A DNA stretch of 64,000 nucleotides from Atopobiaceae bacterium (GTDB lineage: Bacteria > Actinomycetota > Coriobacteriia > Coriobacteriales > Atopobiaceae): assembly GCA_051878835.1 (NCBI GenBank), contig JBJEKW010000081.1, positions 3,352 through 67,351 on the forward strand, read 5' to 3'. Position 1 is the first letter of the stretch, and the number at the start of each line of letters is the position of its first letter. A program made the translations under genes and the position numbers. The notes below the pieces were generated by a model. It made no database searches. It was not told where the DNA came from and saw only the letters and a list, made by a program, of their open reading frames with translations. Positions 19,128 through 29,772 of this stretch are shown here, piece by piece.

Positions 19128-21938
19128 GTGGCAAATCAGTACAAAAAGACGATGAACCTCCCGAAGACCAAGTTCCCCATGAGGGCAAGCTTGGCCCAGA
19201 ACGAGCCCAAGCGGCTCGCCGACTGGGAGCAGAACCACGTCTACGAGCTCATGCTCAAGAAGAACGAGGGGCACAAGAAGTTCGTCCTGCACGACGGCCC
19301 CCCGTACGCCAACGGTCCCATTCACCTGGGCCACGCTCAGAACAAGATCTCGAAGGACATCATCAACCGCTACTGGTCCATGCGCGGCTACCAGACGCCG
19401 TACGTGCCCGGCTGGGACTGCCACGGCCAGCCCATCGAGCACAAGGTCGAGGAGATGCTGGGCACCGAGAAGTTCAACCAGCTGTCCACGGTAAAGATTC
19501 GCGAACTGTGCAACAAGATGGCCGTCGAGCAGGTCGACACGCAGCGCCAGGGCTTCAAGCGCCTGGGCGTGCTGGGCGAGTGGGACAACCCCTACCTGAC
19601 CTACACGCATGACTACGACGCCACCGACATCGAGATCTTCAAGGCCATCTACGACAAGGGCGCCATCTACCGTGGCCGCAAGCCCGTGCACTGGTGCACG
19701 CACTGCCACACCGCCCTGGCTGAGGCCGAGATCGAGTACGGCGACGAGGTGTCGCCCGCCATCTTTGTCCGCTTCCAGATGACCACGGTTCCCGAGGGCC
19801 TGGAGGCCTACAAGGACAACCTGTGGGTGGACATCTGGACCACGACCCCGTGGACCCTTCCCGCAGACGACTGCGTGATTCTGCACCCCAAGGCCGACTA
19901 CGTCGCCGTCCTGGTGGACGGCCGCGCCGAGATTATGGCGCAGGCGCTGTACCAGAAGGACTGCCAGAAGTTCGGCTACGAGTCCTACGAGCTGGCCAAG
20001 CGCCCGGATGGCTCCGTGTGGAGCATGACCGGCACCGAGCTGGTCCACAACAAGTACAAGCAGCCCATCTTTGGCGACCAGGGCGTCGAGGGCGAGTTCA
20101 TCTATGCCGACTACGTCACGCTGGACGACGGCACCGGCATCGTGCACTCCGCTCCCGGCCACGGCGTGGACGACTACAACGCCGGCATGCGCTTCAACAT
20201 CCCCGTGGTCATGCCCGTGGACGACGACGGAAACTTCTACAAGGGCGACGGCATGGGCACCGGCGGCCCCTGGTCCGGCATGAACGTGAACGACGCCAAC
20301 CCGAAGATCATCGAGTGGCTGCAGGATCGCGGCACGCTGATCCTGCACGAGGACATCACGCACAGCTACCCGCACTGCTGGCGCTGCAAGCAGCCCGTCA
20401 TCTTCCGCGCCACCAGCCAGTGGTTCGTCAGCATGGACAAGACCGGCCTGCGCAAGGAGGCCCTGGAGGGTCTGTCTAAGGTCAAGTTCTACCCGGCCCA
20501 CTCGCGCAACCGCATCACGTCCATGGTCGAGCAGCGTCCCGACTGGTGCATCAGCCGCCAGCGCAACTGGGGCGTGCCCATTCCCGCCTACACCTGCCAG
20601 GACTGCGGCGAGACCGTGATGAACGACCAGACCCTGGACAAGGTCATCGACCTGTTCCGCCAGAAGGGCTCCAGCGCCTGGTTCACGGAGGACCCGAGGG
20701 ACTACCTGGGCGACGCCTGCGTCTGCCCGAAGTGCGGCAGCCACAACCTGAAGGCCAACAAGGACATCCTGGACGTGTGGTGGGACTCCGGCGTCAGCCA
20801 CACGGCCGTGTGCAAGCACCGCGACTACCTGCAGTTCCCGGCCGACATGTACCTGGAGGGCTCCGACCAGCACCGCGGCTGGTTCATGAGCTCGCTCATG
20901 ACGTCGGTGGGCGCCTACGGCGTGCCGCCCTACAAGTCCATCGTCAGCCAGGGCTTCACGCTGGACGGCCAGGGGCGCAAGATGTCGAAGTCCCTGGGCA
21001 ACGTCATCGACCCGAACAAGGTCTGCGACGAGCGCGGTGCCGACGTCCTGCGCCTGTGGGTGGCTTCGGTCGACACCTCGACCGACGTCCCCTGCGACGA
21101 GACGATCCTGAGCCACGTGGGCGACGCGTACCGAAAGATCCGCAACACCTTCAGGTTCCTCCTGGGCGAGATCGAGGACCAGTTCGACCCGGCGAAGGAC
21201 GGCCTGCCCTTCGACCAGCTGCTGCCCTACGACCAGCTGGCCTTGGCCCGCATGTGCGAGGTCCACGACCAGGTGAGCCAGGCGTACGAGAACTACCGCT
21301 TCAACCAGGTGTTCCGCACCCTGCACGACTACATCATCACCGAGCTGTCGCAGGACTACCTCAACGCCACGAAGGACCGCACGTACTGCGGCGGCAAGGA
21401 TTCCGTGGAGCGCAGGAGCGCCCTCACGGTCTGGTGCCAGATGCTCAGCATGCTGGTGCGCGACCTGCAGCCCATCCTGGCCTACACCACCGACGAGGTC
21501 ATGGCTCACCTGCCCGCCTCCATGCGCGACAACCAGAAGTACGCGGCCCTTCTGGACTGGTACCAGGCGCCGCTGTCGAAGGACGCCTATGAGGCCCTGC
21601 TGCCCGCCTACAACGCCATGTCCCAGGCCCGCAACGCCTTCACGAAGGCCTACGACGAGGCTCTGGAGAAGGGCGTCGTGACCGAGAAGACCACGCAGGC
21701 CACGCGTGCCGAGCTGACCGTGCCCGCCGAGGCCTACAAGGCCTTGAGCGAGTCCGGCGTCGACCTGGCCGAGTCGTTCGTGTGCGCAGAGGTCTGCCTG
21801 CACGCGGGCAACGAGTACACCTGCGAGGTCGAGCCCGCCCACGGCCAGAAGTGCCCGCGCTGCTGGAACTGGCGCCAGCTGGGCGAGGACGGCCTGTGCG
21901 AGCGCTGCCATGAGGTAGTCGCCTGCAATCAGGAGTAG
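19128..21938 (+). CDS. ileS: Isoleucine--tRNA ligase
   Basis: IleRS N-terminus ANQYKKTMNLPKTKFPMRASL, HIGH-type motif PYANGPIHLGHAQN, KMSKS motif, and C-terminal zinc-ribbon cysteines (CPRCWNW...CERC). A GTG at 19128 follows an AAGGGA Shine-Dalgarno. The ORF-track start at 18888 runs through the T-box leader. Confidence 0.93.
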   Translation: MANQYKKTMNLPKTKFPMRASLAQNEPKRLADWEQNHVYELMLKKNEGHKKFVLHDGPPYANGPIHLGHAQNKISKDIINRYWSMRGYQTPYVPGWDCHGQPIEHKVEEMLGTEKFNQLSTVKIRELCNKMAVEQVDTQRQGFKRLGVLGEWDNPYLTYTHDYDATDIEIFKAIYDKGAIYRGRKPVHWCTHCHTALAEAEIEYGDEVSPAIFVRFQMTTVPEGLEAYKDNLWVDIWTTTPWTLPADDCVILHPKADYVAVLVDGRAEIMAQALYQKDCQKFGYESYELAKRPDGSVWSMTGTELVHNKYKQPIFGDQGVEGEFIYADYVTLDDGTGIVHSAPGHGVDDYNAGMRFNIPVVMPVDDDGNFYKGDGMGTGGPWSGMNVNDANPKIIEWLQDRGTLILHEDITHSYPHCWRCKQPVIFRATSQWFVSMDKTGLRKEALEGLSKVKFYPAHSRNRITSMVEQRPDWCISRQRNWGVPIPAYTCQDCGETVMNDQTLDKVIDLFRQKGSSAWFTEDPRDYLGDACVCPKCGSHNLKANKDILDVWWDSGVSHTAVCKHRDYLQFPADMYLEGSDQHRGWFMSSLMTSVGAYGVPPYKSIVSQGFTLDGQGRKMSKSLGNVIDPNKVCDERGADVLRLWVASVDTSTDVPCDETILSHVGDAYRKIRNTFRFLLGEIEDQFDPAKDGLPFDQLLPYDQLALARMCEVHDQVSQAYENYRFNQVFRTLHDYIITELSQDYLNATKDRTYCGGKDSVERRSALTVWCQMLSMLVRDLQPILAYTTDEVMAHLPASMRDNQKYAALLDWYQAPLSKDAYEALLPAYNAMSQARNAFTKAYDEALEKGVVTEKTTQATRAELTVPAEAYKALSESGVDLAESFVCAEVCLHAGNEYTCEVEPAHGQKCPRCWNWRQLGEDGLCERCHEVVACNQE

Positions 21939-21970
21939 TCGTACTGGATTTCGAGCGTTGGGCGGTAGCC

Positions 21971-22495
21971 GTGGCGGGGGAGACCGAGGCACTAGAAGTG
22001 AGATGCACGTCGAGCAAGGGGCTCAGGCTTACGATGTTCTGGCTGGTAGTCTGCCTGGTCGTGGCATTCGACCAGGCGACGAAGGCCGCCGTCCGCGTGG
22101 CGCTGCCCGCGGGCGGAAAGACGCTGATACCAGGAGTGCTTGACCTGGTGCACGTCGAGAACACCGGGGCGGCCTTCTCGCTGGGCCGTGGTGCCGGTGC
22201 GCTGTTCGCCATCGTGGCGGTGGTCGTGCTGGTGGTTGCCACCCTGGTGGTGCAGCGACACGACCTGCCCATCTCGCTTGTGGTCTCCATCGGGTTCGTC
22301 GCTGGCGGCGGCGTGGGAAACATGATCGACCGCCTGATGCAGGGCTCGGTCACGGACTTCTTTGCCACGACGTTCATGGACTTCCCCGTGTTCAACGTGG
22401 CCGACGTGTTCGTGACCGTGGGGGTCGTCCTGACCTTCATAGGCTTTCTGGTACGCGACGCGCGCTCGGGCAAGAAGGACGAGTCCCAGCGGTAG
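21971..22495 (+). CDS. lspA: Lipoprotein signal peptidase II
   Basis: LDLVHVENTGAAFSL, GGGVGNMIDRL and FPVFNVADVFVTVGVV. The true start may be the internal Met at about 22034 (MFWLVVCLVV). Confidence 0.9.
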   Translation: MAGETEALEVRCTSSKGLRLTMFWLVVCLVVAFDQATKAAVRVALPAGGKTLIPGVLDLVHVENTGAAFSLGRGAGALFAIVAVVVLVVATLVVQRHDLPISLVVSIGFVAGGGVGNMIDRLMQGSVTDFFATTFMDFPVFNVADVFVTVGVVLTFIGFLVRDARSGKKDESQR

Positions 22496-22542
22496 CGCGT
22501 CCTGGGCAGCCGGGATGGGACGCTGGCACAGAGCGCTTCTTG

Positions 22543-22577
22543 GCGGGGTTCCGGATATTCCGGAGCCCCGCTTTTTT
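22543..22577 (+). terminator. Intrinsic terminator after lspA
   Basis: GCGGGGTTCCGG-ATATT-CCGGAGCCCCGC followed by TTTTTT. Confidence 0.8.
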
Positions 22578-22692
22578 GTGCTTGTGCAGAATGGCCATGG
22601 CATGTATGCGGCATGCTAGACTCAAAGGTCGAACGTTTTTGTGATTCTGGTGCCGCGCCCTTGGCGCGCGGTGCCCTGAGCACCGAAGGGGG

Positions 22693-23745
22693 ATGTGCGT
22701 GACGGAGGGTTCTGTCTTGGGTTCGTCGGGTCGCGTGCGCGTGGTGAACGCGCTGGTGGACCCCTGCTGCGAGGGCATGAGGCTGGACGCGTTTCTGGCT
22801 GCCCAGGCGGACTGCCCGTCCAGGTCCGCGTGCGCTCGCCTGATAGAGGAGGGGGCCGTCACCATAAACTCGACGACCGCCACCAGCAAGTCCGAGCGCG
22901 TCATGCTGGGCGACCGCGTGCAGGCCAGGGTTCCCGTGGCAGACCCCGAGCCCGGGCAGATTGCCGCAAACCCAGACATCCCACTGGACATTCGCTTCGA
23001 GGACGAGTACCTCATCGTACTTTCGAAGCAGGCGGGGCTCGTGTGCCATCCCGCGCCTGGGCACGTCAACGACACGCTGGCGAACGCCCTCGTGGCGCAC
23101 TGCGGCTACGAGCATCTGGGCCACCTGCAGGGAGACGAGCGTCCCGGCATTGTGCACAGGCTCGACATGGACACCTCAGGGCTCATGCTGGCGGCGAAGG
23201 ACGACGCCACGCAGAAGGCCCTGCAGGACCTCATCCGGCTGCGCGTGCTGGACCGGCGCTACATCGTCTTGGTCCATGGCTACGTGGCGCCGAACGAGGG
23301 CACCATCCAGACCGGCATCGCCCGCTCGACGCGCGACCGGCTGCGGATGATGGTGACGGACGCGCCCGGGGCGCGCGAGTCCATAACGACGTTTCGCACG
23401 CTGGAGCGCTTCGAGGCGGGCAGGCGCGACGACGGCTACTCGCTTCTGGAGTGCCACCTGTACACGGGGCGCACGCACCAGATCCGCGTTCACATGCGCC
23501 ACATAGGTCATCCCGTGGTCGGCGACCAGCTGTACGGCCGGGGTAACGACCTGCAGAACCATGGGCTGCGCAGGCAGTTCCTCCACTCGTGGCACGTGCG
23601 CTTTGACCATCCCGTCACGGGAGAAACCATCGAGCTTGCCGACAGGCTGCCTGACGACCTGCTGGCTGTACTAGAATCTATTCAGAGTGCGTCCATGGGG
23701 CGCACGGACGCCGGGCAGCTCATCTGCCCTCAGCTGGGGGCATAG
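22693..23745 (+). CDS. rluD: RluA-family 23S rRNA pseudouridine synthase (RluD-like) with an S4 domain
   Basis: S4-like N-terminus (MRLDAFLA...SRSACARLIEEGAVTIN) and the catalytic motif HRLDMDTSGLML. GRTHQIRVH is also present. The lspA-rluD adjacency is common. Confidence 0.85.
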   Translation: MCVTEGSVLGSSGRVRVVNALVDPCCEGMRLDAFLAAQADCPSRSACARLIEEGAVTINSTTATSKSERVMLGDRVQARVPVADPEPGQIAANPDIPLDIRFEDEYLIVLSKQAGLVCHPAPGHVNDTLANALVAHCGYEHLGHLQGDERPGIVHRLDMDTSGLMLAAKDDATQKALQDLIRLRVLDRRYIVLVHGYVAPNEGTIQTGIARSTRDRLRMMVTDAPGARESITTFRTLERFEAGRRDDGYSLLECHLYTGRTHQIRVHMRHIGHPVVGDQLYGRGNDLQNHGLRRQFLHSWHVRFDHPVTGETIELADRLPDDLLAVLESIQSASMGRTDAGQLICPQLGA

Positions 23746-23814
23746 GGTTCGGCTCTTACACGGCGGGCAACTGTCGGGAGCGCGTCGCGCCAGTCGAAGG
23801 AGAAAGGCAACAAC

Positions 23815-25107
23815 GTGTTAGCTTTCAACCGAATGGGCCTGACGCCCATGGTCATCTTCAACGGGATCATCTTCCTGTTCTTCACGCTGGCCTATTTCTA
23901 TCAGTTCGTGTACATCCTCAGCGTGTGGCGCCACGGCGACGTGGTGCTCCCGAAGGCAAAGAAGAACCATCGCTACGCCTTCGTCATCGCCGCGCACAAC
24001 GAGGAGCCCGTCATCGGCAACCTGGTGCGCGCCATCCTGACGCAGGACTACCCGCGCGAGCTCATCGACTGCTTCGTAGTGGCCGACGCCTGCACCGACA
24101 ACACCTACGAGGAGGCCACGAAGGCCGGCGCCATCACCTGGAAGCGCAACGACCTCGTGCGCAAGGGAAAGAGCTGGGTGTTGGACTACGCGTTCAATCG
24201 CATCCTGGACGAGTACGGCGACAAGTACGAGGCGTTCTTCATCATGGACGCCGACAACATCATCGCTCCCAACTACGTCGAGATCATGAACCAGGCCTTC
24301 GACGCCGGCTACCTGGTGTGCACCAGCTATCGCAACTCTAAGAACTTCGACTCCAGCTGGATCAGCTCAGCCTACGCCACCTGGTTTTTGCGCGAGGCAA
24401 AGTTCCTGAACAACGCCCGCATGATGCACGGCACCAGCTGCGCCATCTCGGGTTCTGGCTGGCTGGTGTCCGAGCGCATCATCCGCGGCATGCACGGCTG
24501 GAACTTCCACACCCTGACCGAGGACATTCAGTTCTCCACGTTCTGCTGCTCGCATGGCATCCAGATCGGCTACGCGCCCGCCGAGTTCTTCGACGAGCAG
24601 CCCGTCACGTTCAAGGCGTCCTGGACGCAGCGCATGCGCTGGACCAAGGGCTTCTACCAGGTGTTCTTCTCGTACAACAAGAACCTTCTGCACGGTATCC
24701 ACGAGCGCAGCTTCTCCAGCTACGACATGCTGATGACCGTGGCCCCCGGCATGATCTTGACCCTTCTGTCCGCTCTCGTAAACGGCGCCTACCTCATCGT
24801 GGGCTCGCTGTCCCACGGCTTCATCGCCACCCAGGGCGAGCTTCTGATGTGCGTGGGTTCGCTCATCATGACCTTTGGCTCCATGTACATCGTGTTCTTC
24901 CTGCTGGCCATCATCACCACGGTCAGCGAGCGCAAGCACATCCATTGCCGCAAGCACTGGCGCATCATCACGAACCTGTTCACGTTCCCCATCTTTATGA
25001 TGAGCTACATCCCCATCACCGTCGTTGCCCTGTTCAAGAAGGTCGAGTGGGTCCCGACGAAGCACGACATCGCCGTGAACTTCAACGACGTCATGAACGA
25101 GAACTAG
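23815..25107 (+). CDS. Family 2 membrane glycosyltransferase (processive, PgaC/cellulose-synthase-like)
   Basis: 430 aa with FVIAAHNEEPVIG, MDADN and QRMRWTKG (a Q-x-x-RW motif), plus multiple TM segments at both ends. Confidence 0.8.
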   Translation: MLAFNRMGLTPMVIFNGIIFLFFTLAYFYQFVYILSVWRHGDVVLPKAKKNHRYAFVIAAHNEEPVIGNLVRAILTQDYPRELIDCFVVADACTDNTYEEATKAGAITWKRNDLVRKGKSWVLDYAFNRILDEYGDKYEAFFIMDADNIIAPNYVEIMNQAFDAGYLVCTSYRNSKNFDSSWISSAYATWFLREAKFLNNARMMHGTSCAISGSGWLVSERIIRGMHGWNFHTLTEDIQFSTFCCSHGIQIGYAPAEFFDEQPVTFKASWTQRMRWTKGFYQVFFSYNKNLLHGIHERSFSSYDMLMTVAPGMILTLLSALVNGAYLIVGSLSHGFIATQGELLMCVGSLIMTFGSMYIVFFLLAIITTVSERKHIHCRKHWRIITNLFTFPIFMMSYIPITVVALFKKVEWVPTKHDIAVNFNDVMNEN

Positions 25108-25231
25108 GCGGTTTTTCGAAGCAATCCCATGGCCCCCTTCCGGCAGCGCTGGTAGGGGGCCATTGCCGTTTCTAGAGGTATTGAGCACTTCTTGCGCGTT
25201 CCTTCAACGGCATATCTGTTCGGTGAATGGG

Positions 25232-25240
25232 TGTTACAAT
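25232..25240 (+). promoter_or_regulatory. Candidate extended -10 promoter for guaB
   Basis: TGTTACAAT (TGn + TACAAT) lies about 95 nt upstream of the guaB ATG. No transcript data. Confidence 0.35.
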
Positions 25241-25333
25241 CGGTCCAACGTGTTCAGAGGCGCGCTGTGCGATGCCGAACTGCACAGATGCGCCACCTAG
25301 ACCGTCTGGTTGGGCGGCGGAAGGAGACTCCAC

Positions 25334-26848
25334 ATGGCAACGTTCTTCGAGGGCGAGTCACATACGTTTTCCGAGTATCTGTTGGTACCTGGCTACTCTT
25401 CCCACGTGAACGTCCCTCAAAACGTCTCTCTGGAGACGCCGCTGGTTCGCTTCCGCAAGGGTGAGGAGCCCGCGCTAAAGCTGAACATCCCCATGGTCTC
25501 CGCCATCATGCAGGCCGTCTCCGGTCCCAAGCTGGCCGTGGCCCTGGCGCAGGAGGGCGGCCTCTCGTTCATCTATGGCTCTCAGACCCCCGAGCAGGAG
25601 GCCGCCATGGTGCGCGAGGTAAAGAGCTACAAGGCCGGCTTCGTCGCCTCTGACTCCACGCTGACTCCCGACATGACCCTGGAGGACGTCATCCAGCTGA
25701 AGGAGCGCACGGGCCACTCCACCATGCCCGTGACCGACGACGGCAGCTCCCACGGCGTGCTTGAGGGCATCGTGACCTCCCGTGACTACCGCCTGTCCCG
25801 CGACCCGCGCGACAAGAAGGTCGCCGACTTCATGACCCCGTTCGACAAGCTGGTCGTGGCCGAGTCCGGCACCAGCCTGCACGACTGCAACGACATCATC
25901 TGGGAGCACAAGCTGAACGCCCTGCCCATCGTCGACAAGGACCGTCACCTGGACAGCATCGTGTTCCGCAAGGACTACGACTCCCACAAGTCCAACCCCG
26001 ACGAGCTGCTGGACGAGCACAAGCGCTACATGGTGGGCGCCGGCATCAACACGCGCGACTACGCCGAGCGCGTGCCCCTGCTGGTGGACGCCGGTGCCGA
26101 CGTTCTCTGCATCGACTCCTCCGAGGGCTTCAGCGAGTGGCAGAAGCTGACCATCGACTGGATTCGCCAGCACTACGGCGACTCGGTCAAGGTGGGTGCC
26201 GGCAACGTGGTCGACGCCGAGGGCTTCCGCTACCTGGCCGACTGCGGGGCCGACTTCGTGAAGGTGGGCATCGGCGGTGGCTCCATCTGCATCACGCGCG
26301 AGCAGAAGGGCATCGGCCGTGGCCAGGCCTCCGCGCTGATCGACGTGTGCGCCGAGCGCGACCGCTACTATCGCGAGACGGGCATCTACGTCCCCGTGTG
26401 CTCCGACGGCGGCATCGTGTACGACTACCACATGACCCTGGCCTTCGCCATGGGCGCCGACTTCCTGATGCTGGGCCGCTACTTCGCCCGCTTCGACGAG
26501 TCGCCCACCCGTCGCCTGACCGTGAACGGCTCCTACGTGAAGGAGTACTGGGGCGAGGGCTCCGCGCGTGCCCGCAACTGGCAGCGCTACGACCTGGGCG
26601 GAAAGAAGGCCCTCTCGTTCGTCGAGGGCGTGGACTCCTACGTGCCCTACGCCGGTCCGCTGAAGGACGGCGTCGAGGGCTCGCTGACCAAGGTCCGCTC
26701 CACCATGTGCAACTGCGGCGCGCTCGACCTGGCCGAGCTGCGCGAGAAGGCCAAGCTGACGCTGGTCTCGTCTACCTCGCTGGTCGAGGGCGGCGCCCAC
26801 GACGTCATCCTGAAGGACCAGAACTCCGACGTGCAGTTCAGCTCGTAG
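25334..26848 (+). CDS. guaB: IMP dehydrogenase
   Basis: The catalytic loop is [13 protein letters not shown], with a CBS-pair insertion. The start at [21 protein letters not shown] is preceded by GGAAGGAG. Confidence 0.92.
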   Translation: MATFFEGESHTFSEYLLVPGYSSHVNVPQNVSLETPLVRFRKGEEPALKLNIPMVSAIMQAVSGPKLAVALAQEGGLSFIYGSQTPEQEAAMVREVKSYKAGFVASDSTLTPDMTLEDVIQLKERTGHSTMPVTDDGSSHGVLEGIVTSRDYRLSRDPRDKKVADFMTPFDKLVVAESGTSLHDCNDIIWEHKLNALPIVDKDRHLDSIVFRKDYDSHKSNPDELLDEHKRYMVGAGINTRDYAERVPLLVDAGADVLCIDSSEGFSEWQKLTIDWIRQHYGDSVKVGAGNVVDAEGFRYLADCGADFVKVGIGGGSICITREQKGIGRGQASALIDVCAERDRYYRETGIYVPVCSDGGIVYDYHMTLAFAMGADFLMLGRYFARFDESPTRRLTVNGSYVKEYWGEGSARARNWQRYDLGGKKALSFVEGVDSYVPYAGPLKDGVEGSLTKVRSTMCNCGALDLAELREKAKLTLVSSTSLVEGGAHDVILKDQNSDVQFSS

Positions 26849-26876
26849 CTTCGAGCGCGCGGTTCTTCTTGCACTG

Positions 26877-26914
26877 AAAAAGCCCCGTCGACAGGTGATG
26901 TCGGCGGGGCTTTT
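26877..26914. terminator. Bidirectional intrinsic terminator between convergent guaB and the glycyl-radical enzyme gene
   Basis: AAAAA-GCCCCGTCGACA-GGTGA-TGTCGGCGGGGC-TTTT. The hairpin is flanked by an A-run and a T-run. Confidence 0.8.
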
Positions 26915-26953
26915 GCGTGCTTTGGGGTGTGCGGTGCTATAGAGTGGGCTGCG

Positions 26954-29368
26954 CTACAGGGTCTGCTCGGTGCGGCCGATGATGTCGTCTTGGGTCTTGC
27001 GCGAGAGCACGTTGAAGAAGGCGCTGTAGCCGGCCACGCGCACGATGAGGTCCTTGTGGTCCTGCGGGTGCTTCTGCGCGTCGATCAGCGTGTCGCGGCT
27101 GACGATGTTGTACTGCACGTGGTAGCCGTGCAGGCGGTTGAAGTACGCACGCAGCATGAGCTCCAGCTTCTGCTGGTTGCGCGGGTTCGACAGCATGGAG
27201 GGCGCCATCTTTTGGTTCAGCAGCACGCCGCCGGTGATCTTTTCGGTCGGCAGCTTGGTTATGCTCTTGAACACCGCCGTGGGGCCCTGCTTGTCGCAGT
27301 TGTGAGCGGGCGAGCAGCCCTCGGCCAGCGGCTCGTGCGCGTGGCGGCCGTCCGGCGTGGCCATGGTGCCCATGCCCTGCCCGACGTTCGCGCTGATGGA
27401 GCTGGTGCCGGCGTAGCGGATGCCGCCCACGGGGCCGCGGCCGTAGCGGGTGGTGTGGTACTTTGCCACCTCGTCGATGTAGGTCTGGTAGGCGCGCACC
27501 ACCAGCTGGTCCACGTAGTCGTTGTCGTTGCCGTATTTCGGCGCGTCGTTTATCAGCATCCGCTGGATGCGCTGGCTTTCCGGGCTCTGGAAGTCGTCCA
27601 GGATGGCGTCCCACAGCTGCTGCGGGGTGATGCGGTGCTCGTCGAAGACCAGCTTCTTTATGGCGGCCAGGCTGTCGGCCATGTTGGCTATGCCCACCTG
27701 CAGGCCGCTGATGAAGTCGTAGTGCGCGCCGCCCTCCTTTATGGTCTTGCCGCGGTCGATGCAGTCGTCCACCAGGGCCGAGCACAGGACGTCGGGCACC
27801 ATGCGCTCGCTGGCCTTGTCGATGAAGTTCTCGGTGATGACCGAGTAGCGCGTCATCTGGCGGATGGTGGCGTCCCAGGCCTCCAGCAGCTGGTCGTAGG
27901 AGGTCATCTGCGTGAAGTGGCCGAAGTCTGGCGTGAAGCGCTCGCCCGTCGTCAGGTCCACGCCGCCGTTCATGGCGCACAGCAGAAGGCGCGGGAAGTT
28001 GAGGTAGCTCATGCCCGTGCAACGATAGCCCCACTTACCGGGGACGGCCGTCTCGACGCAGCCGATGGCGCTGTAGTTGTAGGCGTCCTCGGGCGCCACG
28101 CCCCAGGCGATGAAGGAGGGGATGATGACCTCGTCGTTGTTGAAGGCGGGCATGCCAAAGCCCAGCTTCATGACCTCGATGCACAGGTCGAAGAACTTGG
28201 GGTCGATGTTCTTGTGGTAGCGCACCGTCAGGTTGGGCTGCGTCAGGCGCGTCTGCGCCACAGACTGCAGCACCAGGTACGAGAGGTCGTTCACGGCGTC
28301 GCGACCGTCGGGGGTCTGGCCTCCGATGGTGACGTTTTGGTACATGGGGCTACCGGCGGAGGACAGCGTGTGCTCCTGGCTGCGGATCTTCTGCACCGTC
28401 AGCAGCTTGATCCACAGGTTGGTCAGAAGCTCCAGCGCCTGGTCGCGCGTGATGTCGCCGGTCTGGATGTCGGTCTCGTAGTAGGGGTAAAGGTACTGGT
28501 CGAAGCGGCCGAACGACAGGCTGTGGCCGTTGGACTCTATCTGCAGGATGACCTGCATGAACCAGCAGGTCTGGACGGCCTCGTAGAACGAGGACGCCGG
28601 CTCCCACGGCACGCGGGCGCAGGTGGCGCTCATGCGCTCCAGCTCGGCCTTGCGCTGGGGGTCGGACTCGTGGGCCGCCTGGTCAGCCGCCAGCTTGGCG
28701 AAGCGGTTGGCGTACGTGCGCACCGCCTGGCAGGCAATCTGCACGGCCTCGTAGAACCAGTACTTGTCGATCGAGTCGGGGTCGGTCAAGTCCAGGGCGG
28801 CCTCGGCGTCCTTTGCGCGCTGGTAGTAGGTCTTCAGGCCCTCGCGCAGCAGGCGGGCGTGGTTTATGGCCAGGTGGGCGTCACCGGCGTTGAGCTTTCC
28901 CTCCATGCCAAACAGGCCGGTCTTCATAAAGACGTCGACCTCCTTGGGCAGCATAGCCATGCCGTGCTCGCGCAGGGTGCGGCCCTTCCAGAAGGGGGCT
29001 ATGTCGCGCAGCGCCTGCTTGTCGCGGTCGGTGACGTAGAACACGTCGCCATCGCGCTTCTCGAACTTGTCCAGCTCGTCGATGATGAAGCCCATGGTGT
29101 ACTCGGGGAACACGGGGGCGTTGCAGTTCTTCGTCGCCTGGTTGCCGCACAGGAGCGTGTTGGGCTCGATGTAGATGGTCATGTGCTCCAGGATGTTCTG
29201 CAAGGCCAGGGCACGCTGCATGACGGGCGGCTTGTCAAGGTTTGCCTGGTAGGCCTGGGTGGCCAGGATGGCGCGCTCTGCGTCGACGTAGGGCTTCTCG
29301 TCCAGCACCTCGTTTCTGAACTCCTGCATGCGTGGGGTCAACGTGCCAAAGAGCTTTGCGTTCTCCAT
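26954..29368 (-). CDS. Glycyl radical enzyme, PFL2/glycerol-dehydratase-type (substrate unknown)
   Basis: The C-terminal glycyl radical motif is IVRVAGYSAFF. The active-site Cys-x-Glu is AIGCVETAVPG. The likely start is MENAKLFGTLTPRMQEF, preceded by AAAGGAGAAG. The ORF-track start at 29470 adds an Arg-rich extension. Confidence 0.9.
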   Translation of the reverse strand: MENAKLFGTLTPRMQEFRNEVLDEKPYVDAERAILATQAYQANLDKPPVMQRALALQNILEHMTIYIEPNTLLCGNQATKNCNAPVFPEYTMGFIIDELDKFEKRDGDVFYVTDRDKQALRDIAPFWKGRTLREHGMAMLPKEVDVFMKTGLFGMEGKLNAGDAHLAINHARLLREGLKTYYQRAKDAEAALDLTDPDSIDKYWFYEAVQIACQAVRTYANRFAKLAADQAAHESDPQRKAELERMSATCARVPWEPASSFYEAVQTCWFMQVILQIESNGHSLSFGRFDQYLYPYYETDIQTGDITRDQALELLTNLWIKLLTVQKIRSQEHTLSSAGSPMYQNVTIGGQTPDGRDAVNDLSYLVLQSVAQTRLTQPNLTVRYHKNIDPKFFDLCIEVMKLGFGMPAFNNDEVIIPSFIAWGVAPEDAYNYSAIGCVETAVPGKWGYRCTGMSYLNFPRLLLCAMNGGVDLTTGERFTPDFGHFTQMTSYDQLLEAWDATIRQMTRYSVITENFIDKASERMVPDVLCSALVDDCIDRGKTIKEGGAHYDFISGLQVGIANMADSLAAIKKLVFDEHRITPQQLWDAILDDFQSPESQRIQRMLINDAPKYGNDNDYVDQLVVRAYQTYIDEVAKYHTTRYGRGPVGGIRYAGTSSISANVGQGMGTMATPDGRHAHEPLAEGCSPAHNCDKQGPTAVFKSITKLPTEKITGGVLLNQKMAPSMLSNPRNQQKLELMLRAYFNRLHGYHVQYNIVSRDTLIDAQKHPQDHKDLIVRVAGYSAFFNVLSRKTQDDIIGRTEQTL

Positions 29369-29720
29369 GGTCTTCTCCTTTGGTTTGCACGGTAATGCGT
29401 CTAGGACGGGGCTCCGGGCCCTTCGGACCATCCGGACTCTCCGGACCGCGTCCGGCTTCTTCGCGGCCATCTGCTAGGCGCGGGCGCCTGGGCAGTGGGC
29501 GACCCTCTGTGTGACAGCTGAATCATACGACCGCTACAGGCACGAGTCAACGTACGAAATCAAAATAACTTACGAACGGAAGCACAAATGTTGCGTTGAA
29601 CCTTGACGCCGTGACATGCGAGACGTGGGAACGCACGGTCGAGTCGCGAGTCAAGGATGCCGTGACGGAGTGTCCAAACGGGCACCCATATGAAGCGTCG
29701 TGGGGGTGGTTCTTCTCAAA

Positions 29721-29772
29721 ATGGTGCTCAAACACCCGCTAAGAGCCTCGTTAGCGGGTGTTTGAGCACCAT
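29721..29772. other. Perfect 22-bp inverted repeat (hairpin or palindrome) in the GRE/cysE divergent intergenic region
   Basis: ATGGTGCTCAAACACCCGCTAA (29721-29742), an 8-nt loop, then TTAGCGGGTGTTTGAGCACCAT (29751-29772). No mismatches. Confidence 0.9.

Noticed and set aside
19038-21992. 984-aa - strand ORF overlapping ileS
   Set aside because: Shadow ORF antisense to ileS. Its composition is dominated by G/A/V/L/D/H/R and it has no recognisable domain.
26927-29395. 822-aa + strand ORF overlapping the glycyl radical enzyme gene
   Set aside because: The opposite strand encodes a complete GRE with glycyl and Cys-x-Glu motifs. The + strand product is low-complexity.
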